DNA of 64,000 nucleotides from Octopus vulgaris (GCA_951406725.2 OX597822.1:90458001-90522000); one strand, 5' to 3'. Shown: positions 24,677 to 37,469, counted from the first letter of the stretch. Notes: generated by a model from the letters alone, not told the origin. Made by a program: numbers and translations.

Positions 24677-27150
24677 TGCACGCCACATCCGATGCTTATG
24701 TCCAACATTTCTCTCAGGGCACTTACACTCTGTCATGCATGCACACTGACATTACACATCCAGCAGATCATGCTAGCTTCATTTCGCATGTCCTCTGCAG
24801 TCACAGCCCATGTTTCACTGCCGTGAAGCATGGCAGTTCGCACACATGCGTTCTACAATCTACCTATCACTCTGAGCAAGAGACCCTTTGTCACCAGTAG
24901 GGGTAGAAGCTCTCTGAACAGGCTATTCTTATTCTAGTGGTAACACTCTCCGAGCATCCATGGTCACCTAGGTAACTGAAGCTATCAACTGCTTCTAGTT
25001 TCTCCCTTAGAGTGTGATGGAATTTGTTTTCTGAGTATCTGTGGTGTCTATTGCCCCTGTGCATCTACCGCACACAAAAGCTATCTTCTCGGTTAATTTT
25101 CCTTTGATGTTGCTACTGTTGTTGTTGTTGGTTGGTTACCTCAAGCACCTGAGAATAACTCTCAGAAGCGCTAGAGCTGCGGAAGGAAGACGAATCATCT
25201 CATCCATTCTAGCCCCTAGTTGGCGGATATAGTGTTCCACCATCAGGGTCAGACATCTCAGCCAGAGATGTTCTGCAGATTCCACCTCCTCGTTACAGAG
25301 TCTGCATTGATCTGTGTTGCTGTGTCCTGCCATCTTTTGCCACCACCTGAGTGCCAGATGATGACCACTACGGAAGCGTATCATGTCCGTGAAGTCTGCC
25401 TTCAAGAGTGCTCCTTCGGTTCTTTTATCCGGCTCCTTCGTGAAGACTTCCTTCAGACGGGGGTGTTGAATTGGCGTTGGCTGGAATGTTTGACAAATAA
25501 CTGCCTGACGATGGTGGCATCCAGTTGAGCCACATTTCACCTGCATATCTGCGAATTCACTGCTGCAGAGGTTGCAATGGCCTGGCACCCAGATCACCAG
25601 CAAAATCTTGCCAGCTGCTGTTTGTTGCAATTCTCTAATTGTCGGGTCTGAGGGGAATGGGTTGCAATCACAGACTATAGCTGTGGAAGGCCAGTTGTCA
25701 TTGGCCTGTAGCCACCAGAGGGCTTTGTTAAATGCTGCTCTCTAGGAGTGGAATGAGCTGCTGTGAGCACCAGTCGGAGTGTGCCACTCGTGGACCACCG
25801 CATCATGTATCAGCACCACCGTTGGTTGTGCCTTCACTAGTCGTGCCATCAGTGTTTACAGCTTACCTGTAAACTTTTCATTTCTTGCTTAAGCTCTCGA
25901 GCAATCTTTCTGGTTGGTTTAGGACTCTTCCTTCCACTGATGGCAGCATGCTGTTACACAAAAGCCGAAGTCTTCCCTCGGTCACTGGCATAGACAACAC
26001 CATTGTACGTCAAGGACTTCCTGGTATAAGAGATTGGTTTACTGGAGAGAGCCTTAGCTACTGTCCATACTTGTCCGGTATCCTTTGTGTTGGATATTTT
26101 TTGGAGATACTTCCTGCTTTGCTTCCTTGACTGTGAGTGTTAGTTGTTTGCAGGTGGCTTGTCACTCCCATAGGTTGTTCTTGCAGTCTTGCCCCAGTTT
26201 ATTGCATTTCTTGGTGAGCTCATTGATTTCAGAGGTCATCCATGGAGTCACCCTTGGACGGATGGCTTGAATTGGAATGGCTATGGACTCTGATTAGAAC
26301 CAAGTTCATTGATGGTTTCCCACAAGAACTGGTCTGCCATGGCAGGGTCAACAATTGAGAGGTCTTGGGAACTGACACCTGTACCCTGCTCTTGTCAGCG
26401 AACCGTCATTCAGCGTGGTTTTGGATTGATCGTCTCTCCAGCCGTTGATCAGCCCGCCTCTTGAGTCCGTTTTGGCGAACTTGTCCCATGTTTCATTGCT
26501 GCACCTCTTATGTGTCCATAGCTTACACTGGGTACATCTTATGGAATTCCTACCTACACCTTTTCTACAGATTGAGCAGGGCCACCTACCTAAGGGGGTG
26601 TCTGATGAGTTCGCCTTCCTGCTTACTAGAACTTTGGTCTTTGCTACATTGACTCTAAGGCCTTTTGATTTTAAACCTACCTTACACACAAGAAATTTCT
26701 TTTCTAGTTCCGATAGTGATTCTGCTATGAGGGCCAGGTCATCAGCATAGAGGAACTCCCAGGGGCAACCTGTCTTGAATTCCTCTGTTATTGCCAGGAA
26801 GACTATGATGAATAAAAGGAGACTGAGGGTTGAACCTTGGCGGACCCCTACTTCTACCCGAAATTCTTCACTATACTCATTGCCAATCCTAGCCTTACTA
26901 ATGGCCTCTCTGTAAAGGGCCTGTACAGCCCTTATTAACCATTCGTCAATCTCCACTTCCACATCGCCCACCAGATAAGGGATCAGGGGACCCTGTCAAA
27001 GGCTTTCTCCAAGTCCACAAAAGCTAAGTATAGGGGTTTATCTTTAGCTAGGTATTTCTCCTGCAGTTGTCGAACCAGGAATATAGCATCAGTGGTATTT
27101 CTACCCGGCACAAAACTGAACTGCATCTCATCTAAGCAGACTCTCCCTAA
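24677..27150 (-). mobile_element. RTE-clade LINE remnant, split by a nested insertion at 25117-26495
   Basis: VGVRQGSTLS and WEFLYADDL, then PHD half WPCSICRKGVGRNSIRCTQCKLWTHKRCS. The sequence resumes at ~25110 with IKGKLTEKIAFVCGRC. Confidence 0.88.
25117..26495 (-). mobile_element. I-group (RNase H-bearing) non-LTR element, internally deleted, no RT
   Basis: Endonuclease C-terminus (LNDGSLTR...LGSNQSP), a linker, RNase H (NTDG...; WVPGHC), a zinc knuckle (CRLCNEEVESAEHLWLRC) and a (CAA)n tail. Flanked by TTGCTAC and TTGCTGC. Confidence 0.75.
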
Positions 27151-27153
27151 TGA

Positions 27154-27155
27154 GA

Positions 27156-27198
<43 letters not shown>

Positions 27199-27297
27199 GT
27201 ATCTATATATGTATACATGTGTGTATGTATATATGTATGTGTATATGTGTGTATATATATGTATGTATATATGTGTGTATATATATAAATATATATA
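27154..27297. repeat. (TA)n/(TG)n microsatellite
   Basis: Directly visible. Confidence 0.9.
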
Positions 27298-27564
27298 AGT
27301 TCAGTAAAATTTAGATTCAGTTGAATATGGTACTTAAGTTAAAGGCACCAGAATTTGGTATGGTATTATCCATACAATATCAAAATAAGCAACAAGGATA
27401 TCCAGAGGTAATGCAGTACGATTGTTTCATGCAACCCCATTTAATTGAACAAAGCAATATTTGCATTGTTCATGTTACTAAATTAGTGATAACATGATTT
27501 CATTAGGTAATCACTTGTATATCCATGTTTCCAGAATCTTTTTTGGTTATTTTTTTCCCAAATC

Positions 27565-27784
27565 TCTCTCTTTCTCTTGTTTCAGTCATTTGACTGCGGC
27601 CATGCTGGAGCACCGCCTTTAGTCGAGCAAATCGACCCCGGGACTTATTCTTTGTAAGCCCAGTACTTATTCTATCGGTCTCTTTTGCCGAACCGCTAAG
27701 TGACGCGAGACATAAACACACCAGCATCGGTTGTCAAGCAATGCTAGGGGGACAAACACATACACACAAACATACATATATATA
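27565..27784 (-). mobile_element. tRNA-derived SINE, 3' half (split by an RTE insertion)
   Basis: Nearly identical to 32860-33010 of the intact SINE. Confidence 0.88.
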
Positions 27785-29810
27785 ATCATCATCATCATCA
27801 TCATCATCGTTTAACGTCCGCTTTCCATGCTAGCATGGGTTGGACGGTTCAACTGGGGTCTGGCAAGCCCGAAGGCTGCACCAGGCCAGTCAGATCTGGC
27901 AGTGTTTCTACAGCTGGATGCCCTTCCTAACGCCAACCACTCCGAGAGTGTAGTGGGTGATTTTATGTGCCACCGACACAGGTGCCAGACGAGGCTGGCA
28001 GACGGCCACGCTCGGATGGTGTTTTTTATGTGCCACCGACACAGGTGCCAGACGAGGCTGGCTGACGGCCACGCTCGGATGGTGTTTTCTTATGTGTTAC
28101 CGACACAGGTGCCAGACGGGGCTGGCGGATGGCCACGCTCGGATGGTGTTTGTTACGTGCCCTCAGCACGGAGGCCAGTCGTTGCGGTACTGGCTACGAT
28201 CACGTTCGGATGGTTTTCTTATGTGCCACCGGCACTGGTACCACAAGGATACAAATTCCATTGATGTTCATCTATTTTGATTTGGTTCGATTTGATTTGA
28301 TTCGATTCGATTCTCACTTGCCTCAACAGGTCTTCACAAGTGTCACAAGAAGGAAGGTATGCACAGGTGGACTGACTACGTCCCAGGTAGGGGCCACGGA
28401 TTATGGCTTCACTAGTCTTGCCGGGTCTTCTCACGCACAGCATACTTCCATAGGTCTCGGTCTCTAGTCATTTCCATGGTGAGACCTAACGTCCGAAGGT
28501 CGTGCTTCACCACTTCGTCCCAGGTTTTCCTGGGTCTACCTCTTCCACGGGTTCCCTCAACTGCTAGGGATTGGCACTTTCTCACACACCTATCTTCATC
28601 CATTCTCGCCACATGACCATACCAGCGCAATCGTCTCTCTTGCACACAACAACTGATGCTTCTTAGGTACAACATTTCTCTCAAGGTACTAACGCTCTGT
28701 CGAGTAAGTACACTGACCTTACACATCCATCGGAGCATACTGGCTTCGTTCTTCACAAGCTTACGCATGTCCTCAGCAGTCACGGCCCATGTTTCACTGC
28801 CATGTAGCATAGCTGTTCGTACACATGCATCATACAGTCTGCCTTTTACTCCGAGCGAGAGGCCTTTAGTCACCAGCAGAGGTAAGAGCTCCCTAAACTT
28901 TGCCCAGGCTATTCTTATTCTAGCAGTTACACTTTCAGCGCACCCGCCCCCACTACTGACTTGGTCACCTAGATAGCGGAAGCTATCAACTACTTCTAGT
29001 TTTTCCCCCGGAAAGTGACGGAAGTTGTTTTCTGCAGATTTTCGGAGGTCAATGCTCCAGAGCATCTGCCACATACAAAAACTATCTTCCCAGTTAGCCT
29101 ACCTTTGACATTGCTGCACCTCTTATGTGTCCATAGCTTACACTGGGTACATCTTATAGAGTTTCTACCTACACCTTTTCTACAGATCGAGCAGGGCCAT
29201 CTTCCTGAGGATATTTGTGGATTTTCTAACTTTCTACTTATTAGTACTTTGGTTTTAGCTAGGTTGACTCTAAGGCCCCTCGATTCTAAACCCTCCTTCC
29301 ACACCTGGAACTTCTCCTCCAGTTCTGATAGTGACTCAGCGATTAGAGCGAGGTCGTCAGCATAGAGGAGCTCCCAGGGGCAACCTGTCTTGAATTCCTC
29401 CACAATTGCCTGGAGGACTATGATAAATAGGAGGGGGCTGAGTACTGAACCCTGGTGGACCCCAACCTCTACCTTGAATTCTTCTGTGTACATGCTGCCA
29501 ACTCTAACTTTACTTACGGCATCTCTCTACATGGCTTGCACAGCCCTCACCAGCCATTCATCTATCCCTAGTTTCCTCATTGACCACCAGATGAGGGAAC
29601 GGGGGACCCTATCAAAGGCTTTCTCCATGTCAACGAAAGCCAGGTACAGGGGCTTATCTTTGGCTAGGTATTTCTCCTGCAGCTGCCTTACCAGGAATAT
29701 AGCATCAGTGGTGCTTTTCCCTGGGACAAACCCAAACTGCATCTCATCTAAACTAACTCTCTCTCTAATTAGTTGGGCTATGACCCTCTCCGTAACCTTC
29801 ATTACCTGAT
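27785..29810 (-). mobile_element. Young 5'-truncated RTE-clade LINE with PHD finger, long 3' UTR and (GAT)n tail
   Basis: [65 protein letters not shown] and GTRGRGRPRKTW. Stop at 28412-28414, few disruptions. Confidence 0.93.
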
Positions 29811-29972
29811 CACACATACATATACGACAGGCTTCTTTCAGTTTCTGTCTACCAAATCCACTCACAAGGCATTGGTCAGCCCTGGGCTATAGCAGAAGAC
29901 ACTTGCCCAAGATGCCATGCAGTGGGACTGAACCCGGAACCATGTGGTTGGTAAGCAAGCTACTTACCACAA
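29811..29972 (-). mobile_element. tRNA-derived SINE, 5' half
   Basis: Matches 33065-33205; contains the B-box-like GGTTCAGTCCC on the minus strand. Confidence 0.88.
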
Positions 29973-30240
29973 AATGAATGCAAACATCCATCTTGAAGAC
30001 CAAAAACTCCACTTAGCCCTGATATAACAGCGGAGAGTAATCCCTCCACAAAGGAGAACAGTGGACAAAACCAATGAATTTTACAACTCGCATTTAGGAA
30101 GAATAGTTTTGAGACAAAAATTCAAACAGATTTATGTAAAAACCTTTTATGTTCCTAACACAACTTTGTCAAATGTAATGCTTATTTATCCACATCACTT
30201 GCCTTAATCATATGTTATTTTGTAACTAAGAGCCACATCG

Positions 30241-31320
30241 TCTAATATATAAAATAGAGATGTGTGAGTTTTCACTTTCCATGCGAAAACGGCTTCACCA
30301 ATTACTTCCGTACTTGTGATGCATGAATAATTTGACCTTGGACATATAACAAGATCGTCAATTGATTTTTTTTATTAAAAATAAAAAATATTGAGTCTTA
30401 TGTTTTCGAAAGATTTTAAAATATTTACTTCCAGTTTTTTAGTGTCAGTAATGTAACATCCCTTTATGTATATCTCTCTATCTCTTGTTTTCACTTTCAT
30501 TTTTCAGATGCTATTCTTTTTACTTTTAATTTTCATATGCCATTGTTTAACTTTCATGTTATTGTTTTCATTGTAAGTCTAAGTTTTGAATCGCTATTTA
30601 CAAACAATGACAGAAAGAAGTTCACAATTACTGATGTAAATAATTTCATAATTTACTGACAGAAGTATCTTCATAAATTTCACTTCAATCCGTATGGTTT
30701 TATGTTTTTCTATTGTTGACAGTTTCTTTCTGGTTCCCTCCATACTGGCTCTTTGGTTCACTGAGTGACAAATTTCGCTTCCACCTGTAAAATACTTTAT
30801 TTTCCATTAAAATCTATTTACTTTCTGTCCGTTGTATTAAGAAACATAATTTCTGTTATTTTCATTGTTTACTATCTTCTGCACTCGTGTATTTCTGAAT
30901 ACACGAAATAACCATGTGTAGAAGGAAAGTGTCAAATTTGTCAGCGCAACGACAGATTTCTGCCCCTCCCCCCACCCCAAATTTCAATGATCATAACTTA
31001 CAGAAAAATGGATATTTTCTCATAAAATTTTTTACAAATATATAAAATTTTGTGGGGTAAACGTTTTAGGAAGGGGTGGGAATTTTCTGAAAATTCACCG
31101 GAGTCTACTTTAACTTGTCATAACTTTCCAGAAAATGGATATTTTTAAATGAAATTCTCTACAAATATACCTTGGAATATTATTTAGATTGGGGTCTGTT
31201 TTAAGGGGGGGGGGGATCTGACAATACACCAGAGTCTACTTCAATCCATCTTAACTTTCAAGAAAATGGATATTTTTTTAATGAAATTCTCTACAAATAT
31301 AGCTTGGAATATTATTAGAT
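30241..31320 (+). mobile_element. Possible Helitron-like non-autonomous element with ~130-bp internal tandem repeats
   Basis: Starts with TCTAATATATAAAA, interrupting a piggyBac-MITE fragment (30140-30235). Three related CATAACTT..AGAAAATGGATATTTT..ATGAAATT.TCTACAAATATA units at 30990-31320. The 3' end was not identified. Confidence 0.4.
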
Positions 31321-32856
31321 AGATTCACTTCCTTAAAAAGGTTTGTCAATGTCAACTTCCGGTATTGACATAAAAACAGCGAAGTCTGTCCCTGTTAAAT
31401 TTTAATGTTTTTATTTCAAGCTTTAATTTACTATTTGTAAACAACTATGATAAATTACTGAAAGAAATATTTACTAAGTTCACAAATTTAAATATTCGGT
31501 ACAAGATAGTTTTCAACATGCTTTTATTTATGCGATTTTTTCATTCCATGTCCATATTCATTGTTTGCAATATTCTCTCTCTCTCTCACACACACACTCC
31601 AGGTTTGACTTCTTTATTACATAAATACCATGTTAAAATTTTGCAATTCAACATGGGGTGTCCAACAAATATGGGCATTATTTTGCTGGAACTCACTGCG
31701 TTAATTTACATAAAATTTTCTTATTTTCTTTTTCATACTGTGTTCAGCTCTATGTATTTGTAGTCAGTCACATGCATACGTCTTTGTATGTATATTTGTA
31801 TACATTTATGTATGGGGTGTGTGAGTGAGTGAAGGGGTGTGTTGTCATGTACTTGTACATACATAAACACACATGCATCCATCTTTTTGGTATGTATGTG
31901 TGTGGGAGAGAGAGTGATGTCTAAGTGGCATTCTCTCTCTCTCTCTCTCACACACGTCCATTTCATCTGATATTTGATACTGTATATATTTGTATCTGAT
32001 GAAAGAAAAGCAGGCATTAAATCTTCACACCTGTGGAATAAAGTACTGTAATTCCCCTTCAATACTAGCGTGTGAGCTTCATCACATGGGGATCAATGAG
32101 CAAAACAGTTTTCAACCTGGATCCTCCAATTAGGAAATGGGAAAGTACCATTTGATGGGAATGGTGATATCAGTTTGGCTCATATTGCTATCATGGTGAA
32201 TTCCCCAGCTGAACTGAAGGACGGGGTCTTTCTTGATGCTCCTGGTGACAGGTAAAACATTTGTGACATTGCTTCTCTCCAAAGAAAAAAAAAAAATTTG
32301 CAGTTGCTGTACCATTGTCTGGCTTTGCTGCCACCATTTTCCCCAGGAGGACGAACAGCTCATTCTGCTTTTAAATTACCACTAAACCTGATCACAAGTG
32401 AATTCAGAATTGATTTCCCAATTAAAGAATGAATTAATTTTAAAATAACAAATTTCTATACCACATATTTTGCATTTTTCTTCCAATATGTTAGTCCTTT
32501 ATATCTTATTTATTTCAGACAGGCTGCAGCCATGCTGAAGCTCCACCTTGAGTTTTAGTCGAATGAATTGATCTCAGTACTTATTTTTTTTCAAGCTTGG
32601 TACTTATTCTGTCAGTCTCTTTTGCCAAATTGCTAAGTGATAGGGATGCAAATACACCAACACCGGTTGTCAAGTGGGTGTTGGGAAGCTAACTTCTTAC
32701 CACATAGTCAAGCCTACAACCACAATTCAAATAATGTTGCTTGGGGCTAAAAAAAAAAAGGGAACTAAGCACACTTCTGTGCAAGAAATAAAGTTTAGCT
32801 TATTTTAAGAACTTCCTGTTCACACCATTTGCATTCTTTATTTTGCCTGTGGTTTA

Positions 32857-33014
32857 CTCTCTCTTTTACTTGTTTCAGTCATTTGACTGTGGCCATGCTA
32901 GAGCACCGCCTTTAGTCGAGCAAATCGACCCCGGGACTTATTCTATCGGTCTCTTTTGCCGAACCGCTAAGTGACGGGGACGTAAACACACCAGCATCGG
33001 TTGTCAAGCAAGAT

Positions 33015-33063
<49 letters not shown>

Positions 33064-33223
33064 ACAGGCTTCTTTCAGTTTCCTCCTACCAAATCCACTC
33101 ACAAGGCATTGGTCGGACGAGGCTATAGTAGAAGACACTTGCCCAAGGTGCCACGCAGTGGGACTGAACCCGGAACCATGTGGTTGGTAAGCAAGCTACT
33201 TACCACACAGCCACTCCTGCACC
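32857..33223 (-). mobile_element. Full-length tRNA-derived SINE (octopus OR-like) with internal microsatellite
   Basis: Head GGTGCAGGAGTGGCTGTGTGGTAAG (A box) and GGTTCAGTCCC (B box), a (TA/TG)n middle, and tail GGCGGTGCTCTAGCATGGCCACAGTCAAATGACTGAAAC. Older copies lie at ~32520-32720, 40740-41010 and 44940-45385. Confidence 0.88.
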
Positions 33224-34304
33224 TTTATTAAATGAAATTTAGATATTTTTCTTCCTTACATGAAAGGAAGAATAAACTTACAACTGATGACTGAAAAAAA
33301 ATTCAAACTGCAGACTTTTGATCTGTAATACATGAATTCTGCTTGGACACACAGACTGTGCTTCAATACTAGTTTGAAATCTGCAAACTTATGCTTTCAA
33401 TGGCTTGTGGTTGCCATCTTAATCAACAGCATCCTCATTTAGTGTCTTCAATACTGGCAGGAGTTGGATGATTTGACAGATTTGATGAATCGAAGGACTG
33501 CATTGTGCTCCAATATCTGCTTTGACATGGTTTGATTGGTTGCTCCTCTTAATATGAACCACTTTACAGAACATTGGGTGCTTTTTCAGTGGCACCAACA
33601 TAAATAAGGCCACCAAGTAACTCTCAAGAGAAAGAAGACCTCTTGACTGAATGAAAGTATGGTAGAGAGGTGAGAAATGAGAATAGGGGCAAATATAATG
33701 AATGGTGAATAAGGGTGGGAGAGAGGTGATGACTGGCAGTACACACTGGGTAAAGAGCAGCAAAAGAATAATACAATAAATAGGGAGAAGGATGAGATGT
33801 CTGGTGGGTGTTGGTTGGATAAATGTTGCAAGAATATGTGGGTAGGTGGAATGAGAGATGTGTAATGATAAGAGAGGAGGAGGTTAGAGGAACATAAGAG
33901 TCAGTTAATAGGAGGTAGTTCAGGGAAGAGATGATAAAAATTAGGATGGATGTCAAAAGGAAGCAGTTCCAAAGAGTGGAAAAGATAATCAGAAGTAGAG
34001 AACAGGACGATGAAATACGTAGTGTTGCTATAATCTAATTACAGCAGCAGAATACTGTAACAGTTAAGAGAGTGAAGGAAGGATGAGTTATAGGAAGATG
34101 GGAAAAGGGGAGGCTTGACAGGGACAAACTGGACAAAGGGTCCTGTTGTGTACTTTCAGAACATCAGTTTTGTTGTGAGAGGCAGGTCTTATCAAGCACT
34201 GCATACTGGTTCTTTGTCATCTCCATGAACTTCAAAATCCTGAGATCAACCATCACTACTTCACCCCATGTCTTCTTAAGTTTCACTAGCTCCATCTACA
34301 TTAA

Positions 34305-34525
34305 CCCTTTAGTGTTCGCATTATTCTGCCAAAATTAATGCTTCTTTATCCAAATTGTTTTGAATTAATTATACATTATCCTGTAGCTATGAGATTTTGA
34401 TGAGGTAGCTGTTAATTTTTAAAACAATATTATAGGGTTGGTGTGAGAGACCAGATCTGGCCAGTTTGAACATAAAACAGGTAGAATATTTTTGGCTGGA
34501 TATGGCCGGTTTAAATGCTAAAGGG
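34305..34525. mobile_element. Complete 221-bp piggyBac-type MITE
   Basis: TTAA|CCCTTTAG...CTAAAGGG|TTAA, with TTAA at 34301-34304 and 34526-34529. It sits inside a decayed RTE fragment. Confidence 0.9.
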
Positions 34526-34567
34526 TTAAATGATCAGCTGCTTTATTTTTGAGAACTATTCATTGCA

Positions 34568-34742
34568 CTGACATGATCAACCATAAACTACCAAACTACA
34601 CTACTGCAACAAGGAAGACAAAAACATTACCAGTAGTTATTCCTGAAATTAATTTCTGACATGATCAACCATAAACTACCAAACTACACTACTGCAACAA
34701 GGAAGACAAAACATTACCAGTAGTTATTCCTGAAATTAATTT
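34568..34742. repeat. Near-perfect 88-bp tandem duplication
   Basis: 34568-34655 and 34656-34742 differ only by one A in a homopolymer. Confidence 0.92.
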
Positions 34743-36572
34743 TTTTCAACATTATTGAATTCTCAACATACATTTCTGTCCAACACTACACAATTTTAAA
34801 ATGAGCTTCAAACAAGAATCCAACATTCAGACAATGGTTACTTCAAAATCTGCTATCATACTGAGCATGAATTCCTTACAGCCACTTCTATCAGATGTTA
34901 CATTAGGCTACAGTCATTATATTACAGCTCCACTTTCTCTCTACAGGACTTTGTAATGAGCCTGAATTCTGAAAGACCACTTGAATCTCTTGCTTAATTT
35001 TCAGCTAACATCATCCTTTATTTCAGCCAGACTGCTAATACCACTGGCCATGCTCAGTTCACAGTCATGGAATAACCAACACTTTTTGCATGTCTACAAA
35101 TCTACAGCATACATTTTATTTTGGTAAGCACAGTACTTCTTTTTATCTATCAGAATTTTATATCCTGGTATTGCTAATATTTAGTGAGAAATCGGTTTGC
35201 AGTATTTTTCAAATTTGACCATTCATTGAGGTGGTATTTAGTAATCATATAGAAATTCTCTTCCCTGAGTAAGAACATTTTAATTATAACTATATAGGAA
35301 TCAATGCTTACATGACATGGAAAAAGAATAACTCTACAAAACTTGGATTTCAACAAAAGAACTTGCCATTGAGGTTGAACATCATTATAATCATCATTTA
35401 GTGTTCATGCTCCACACGGTTGGATGATTTGACAGAATCTGATGAGCCCCAAGACTGCACTATGTTCCAATATCTGCTTTGGCATGGTTTCCACAGTTCG
35501 ATGCCCTTGCTAAAAAGTCAATCACTTTATAGCATAGACTAGGTGCTTGTTTTATGCCGTACCAATAGCACTACTGAGGTTGTGATGCAGTTCACAAGGC
35601 TCTGAGAGCCAAGGCTGGGCAAGAATGTTGCAGGATGGATTCTTCAAGCTGAGCCAACCAACAAGAGATCTAGAGGTAGAGCAAGAAAGAAATGGTTGGA
35701 TAATATCCAGTTTCAGTTGGTCATGCCTGGGAATCCAGCTGGAAAGTCTAATGACAGTTGCTTCTGATAGGATCCTATGGAAGAGGTGCCTGAGGAATCT
35801 ACACTTATGACTGTCCCAGGAATAGTGGGCAGAGAAGATATATGACTGGGTGAAGAATATATTTTGGTAACCTTACACAAGTCTTTACCTTTAGATTCTG
35901 ATGGATTATTGTGGAAAAATAAGAGCCATAACCCAATGAAAGAAAACTGAAAGAGTGATCTGAGAAAGTTAATCACAAATTCTGATATCTGGTTTTTCAA
36001 ATAATCTACCTTGTAGGAAACGTAATTGTCCATGCATGCATCTGTGACTAGTACAAGATTTGTAGATAATGTACAAATGCCAAATCTAATATCTTTATTC
36101 ATAAGTTTATACATAATTGTGTTTTATCATCTCTCAACAAGTCATAAATAGCTTGGTGGATTTTATTTTCAGTAAAAAGTTCAATGGCAAACCATTTCAA
36201 CAAAAACAATTTTATGGCAGATTTTTCTTCCCATGACCATTTGCAACATCATTTACATATGATCCCACTGAATTTTACATGACTGTTAAGTTAAACATGG
36301 GAAATATATACATTTATTTGGAGTTGGTATCTGATGAAATCAAAATCAGTGTTATTTGACGCCATCCCTATGGTCAATAATATTGAGATCTTAGCAACTT
36401 CTGTTGCCAGCAGAGACATCATTTTAAAGATCACAAACACACATGTACAAACATGCACACATGCATGCATACATACGCATTCACAATCAGATAATCAGCT
36501 TAAAATAAAGCATTTTAGGCAGTGTTGTTACATTATTTCAAAAAAATGCTTACAGTTTTTCTTTAGATATAA

Positions 36573-36680
36573 CTAAATAATTTGAAAAAGTTTCTTTAGT
36601 TCAACAATCAATTGCCAATCATTTTTGGTCATTTCATCTCGAAAGTAGTCTTTTACCACATCAATGGATTGTCTGGAAAT
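36573..36680 (-). CDS. EIF5B: eIF5B last coding exon
   Basis: ISRQSIDVVKDYFRDEMTKNDWQLIVELKKLFQII* (human ISRQSIDALKDWFRDEMQKSDWQLIVELKKVFEII); AG acceptor. Confidence 0.95.
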   Translation of the reverse strand: MSRQSIDVVKDYFRDEMTKNDWQLIVELKKLFQII

Positions 36681-37228
36681 CTACAAACAAATAAAAAACA
36701 AAATTCATAACATGAAAGTTAAAATACATTTTTGTTGAATATATGTAGAATAAGAACTTTCTTAAAACCATTTGTATTTCTTATAAGAATGTCTATTAAA
36801 TCTAAAGAATTTACTAGTGAGTTTGGTCTGAGATAAAAAAAAACCCAACTCACAACTAGTTTTTGAAGATTTTCTCACTGAGAATGCTAAAAATGTTTTC
36901 ATTTTTAATTTAGCTGACACAGACACTCATATCAAATATCTTCACTATAAATTTGCCGTAGAGGTTACTGTTATTACTACCTGTAACACTTCTAAATATT
37001 ATAAGTATTTTCCAAGATCATAGTATAAATGAACAAAGGAATTTTTAAGACCATTTTCCTTAAATGTACCATAATGGTCATTAAAGCATTGACCAGGATC
37101 TACTTACAGATTATGTAAATTGAAAATGACTGGCAGATTGGGCTAATTAAATACATTTAAAAAGAACAAAGTATGACTAATGTTTTCAAATTTCTCAGAA
37201 TATTAAACAATTCTCCAAAATTACTTAC

Positions 37229-37390
37229 TTTACTCATTATCATGTCTGTATGATCAAAATGTCGTCCAAACATTTTTGGCGCTTCACCAGGGATTGGTTC
37301 TATTTTAATACACACTTCTTGCCCCTTTTTCGCAACCTCAACTTGTTTGTGGTTATTTTCTATACCACTTACACGACCAATTTCCACAAA
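37229..37390 (-). CDS. EIF5B: eIF5B exon (domain IV)
   Basis: FVEIGRVSGIENNHKQVEVAKKGQEVCIKIEPIPGEAPKMFGRHFDHTDMIMSK; 162 nt; AG/GT boundaries. Confidence 0.95.
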
Positions 37391-37469
37391 CTATAAATTG
37401 AAGAAAATACAATTATAGGAGAGCGAAGACAGCAAAAAATAAATCATATTAAAAAGTTAATGGTAGATA

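Noticed and set aside
27956-28235. CRISPR-like array
   Set aside because: The units are contiguous homologous repeats with no unique spacers, inside a eukaryotic RTE UTR, and there are no cas genes.
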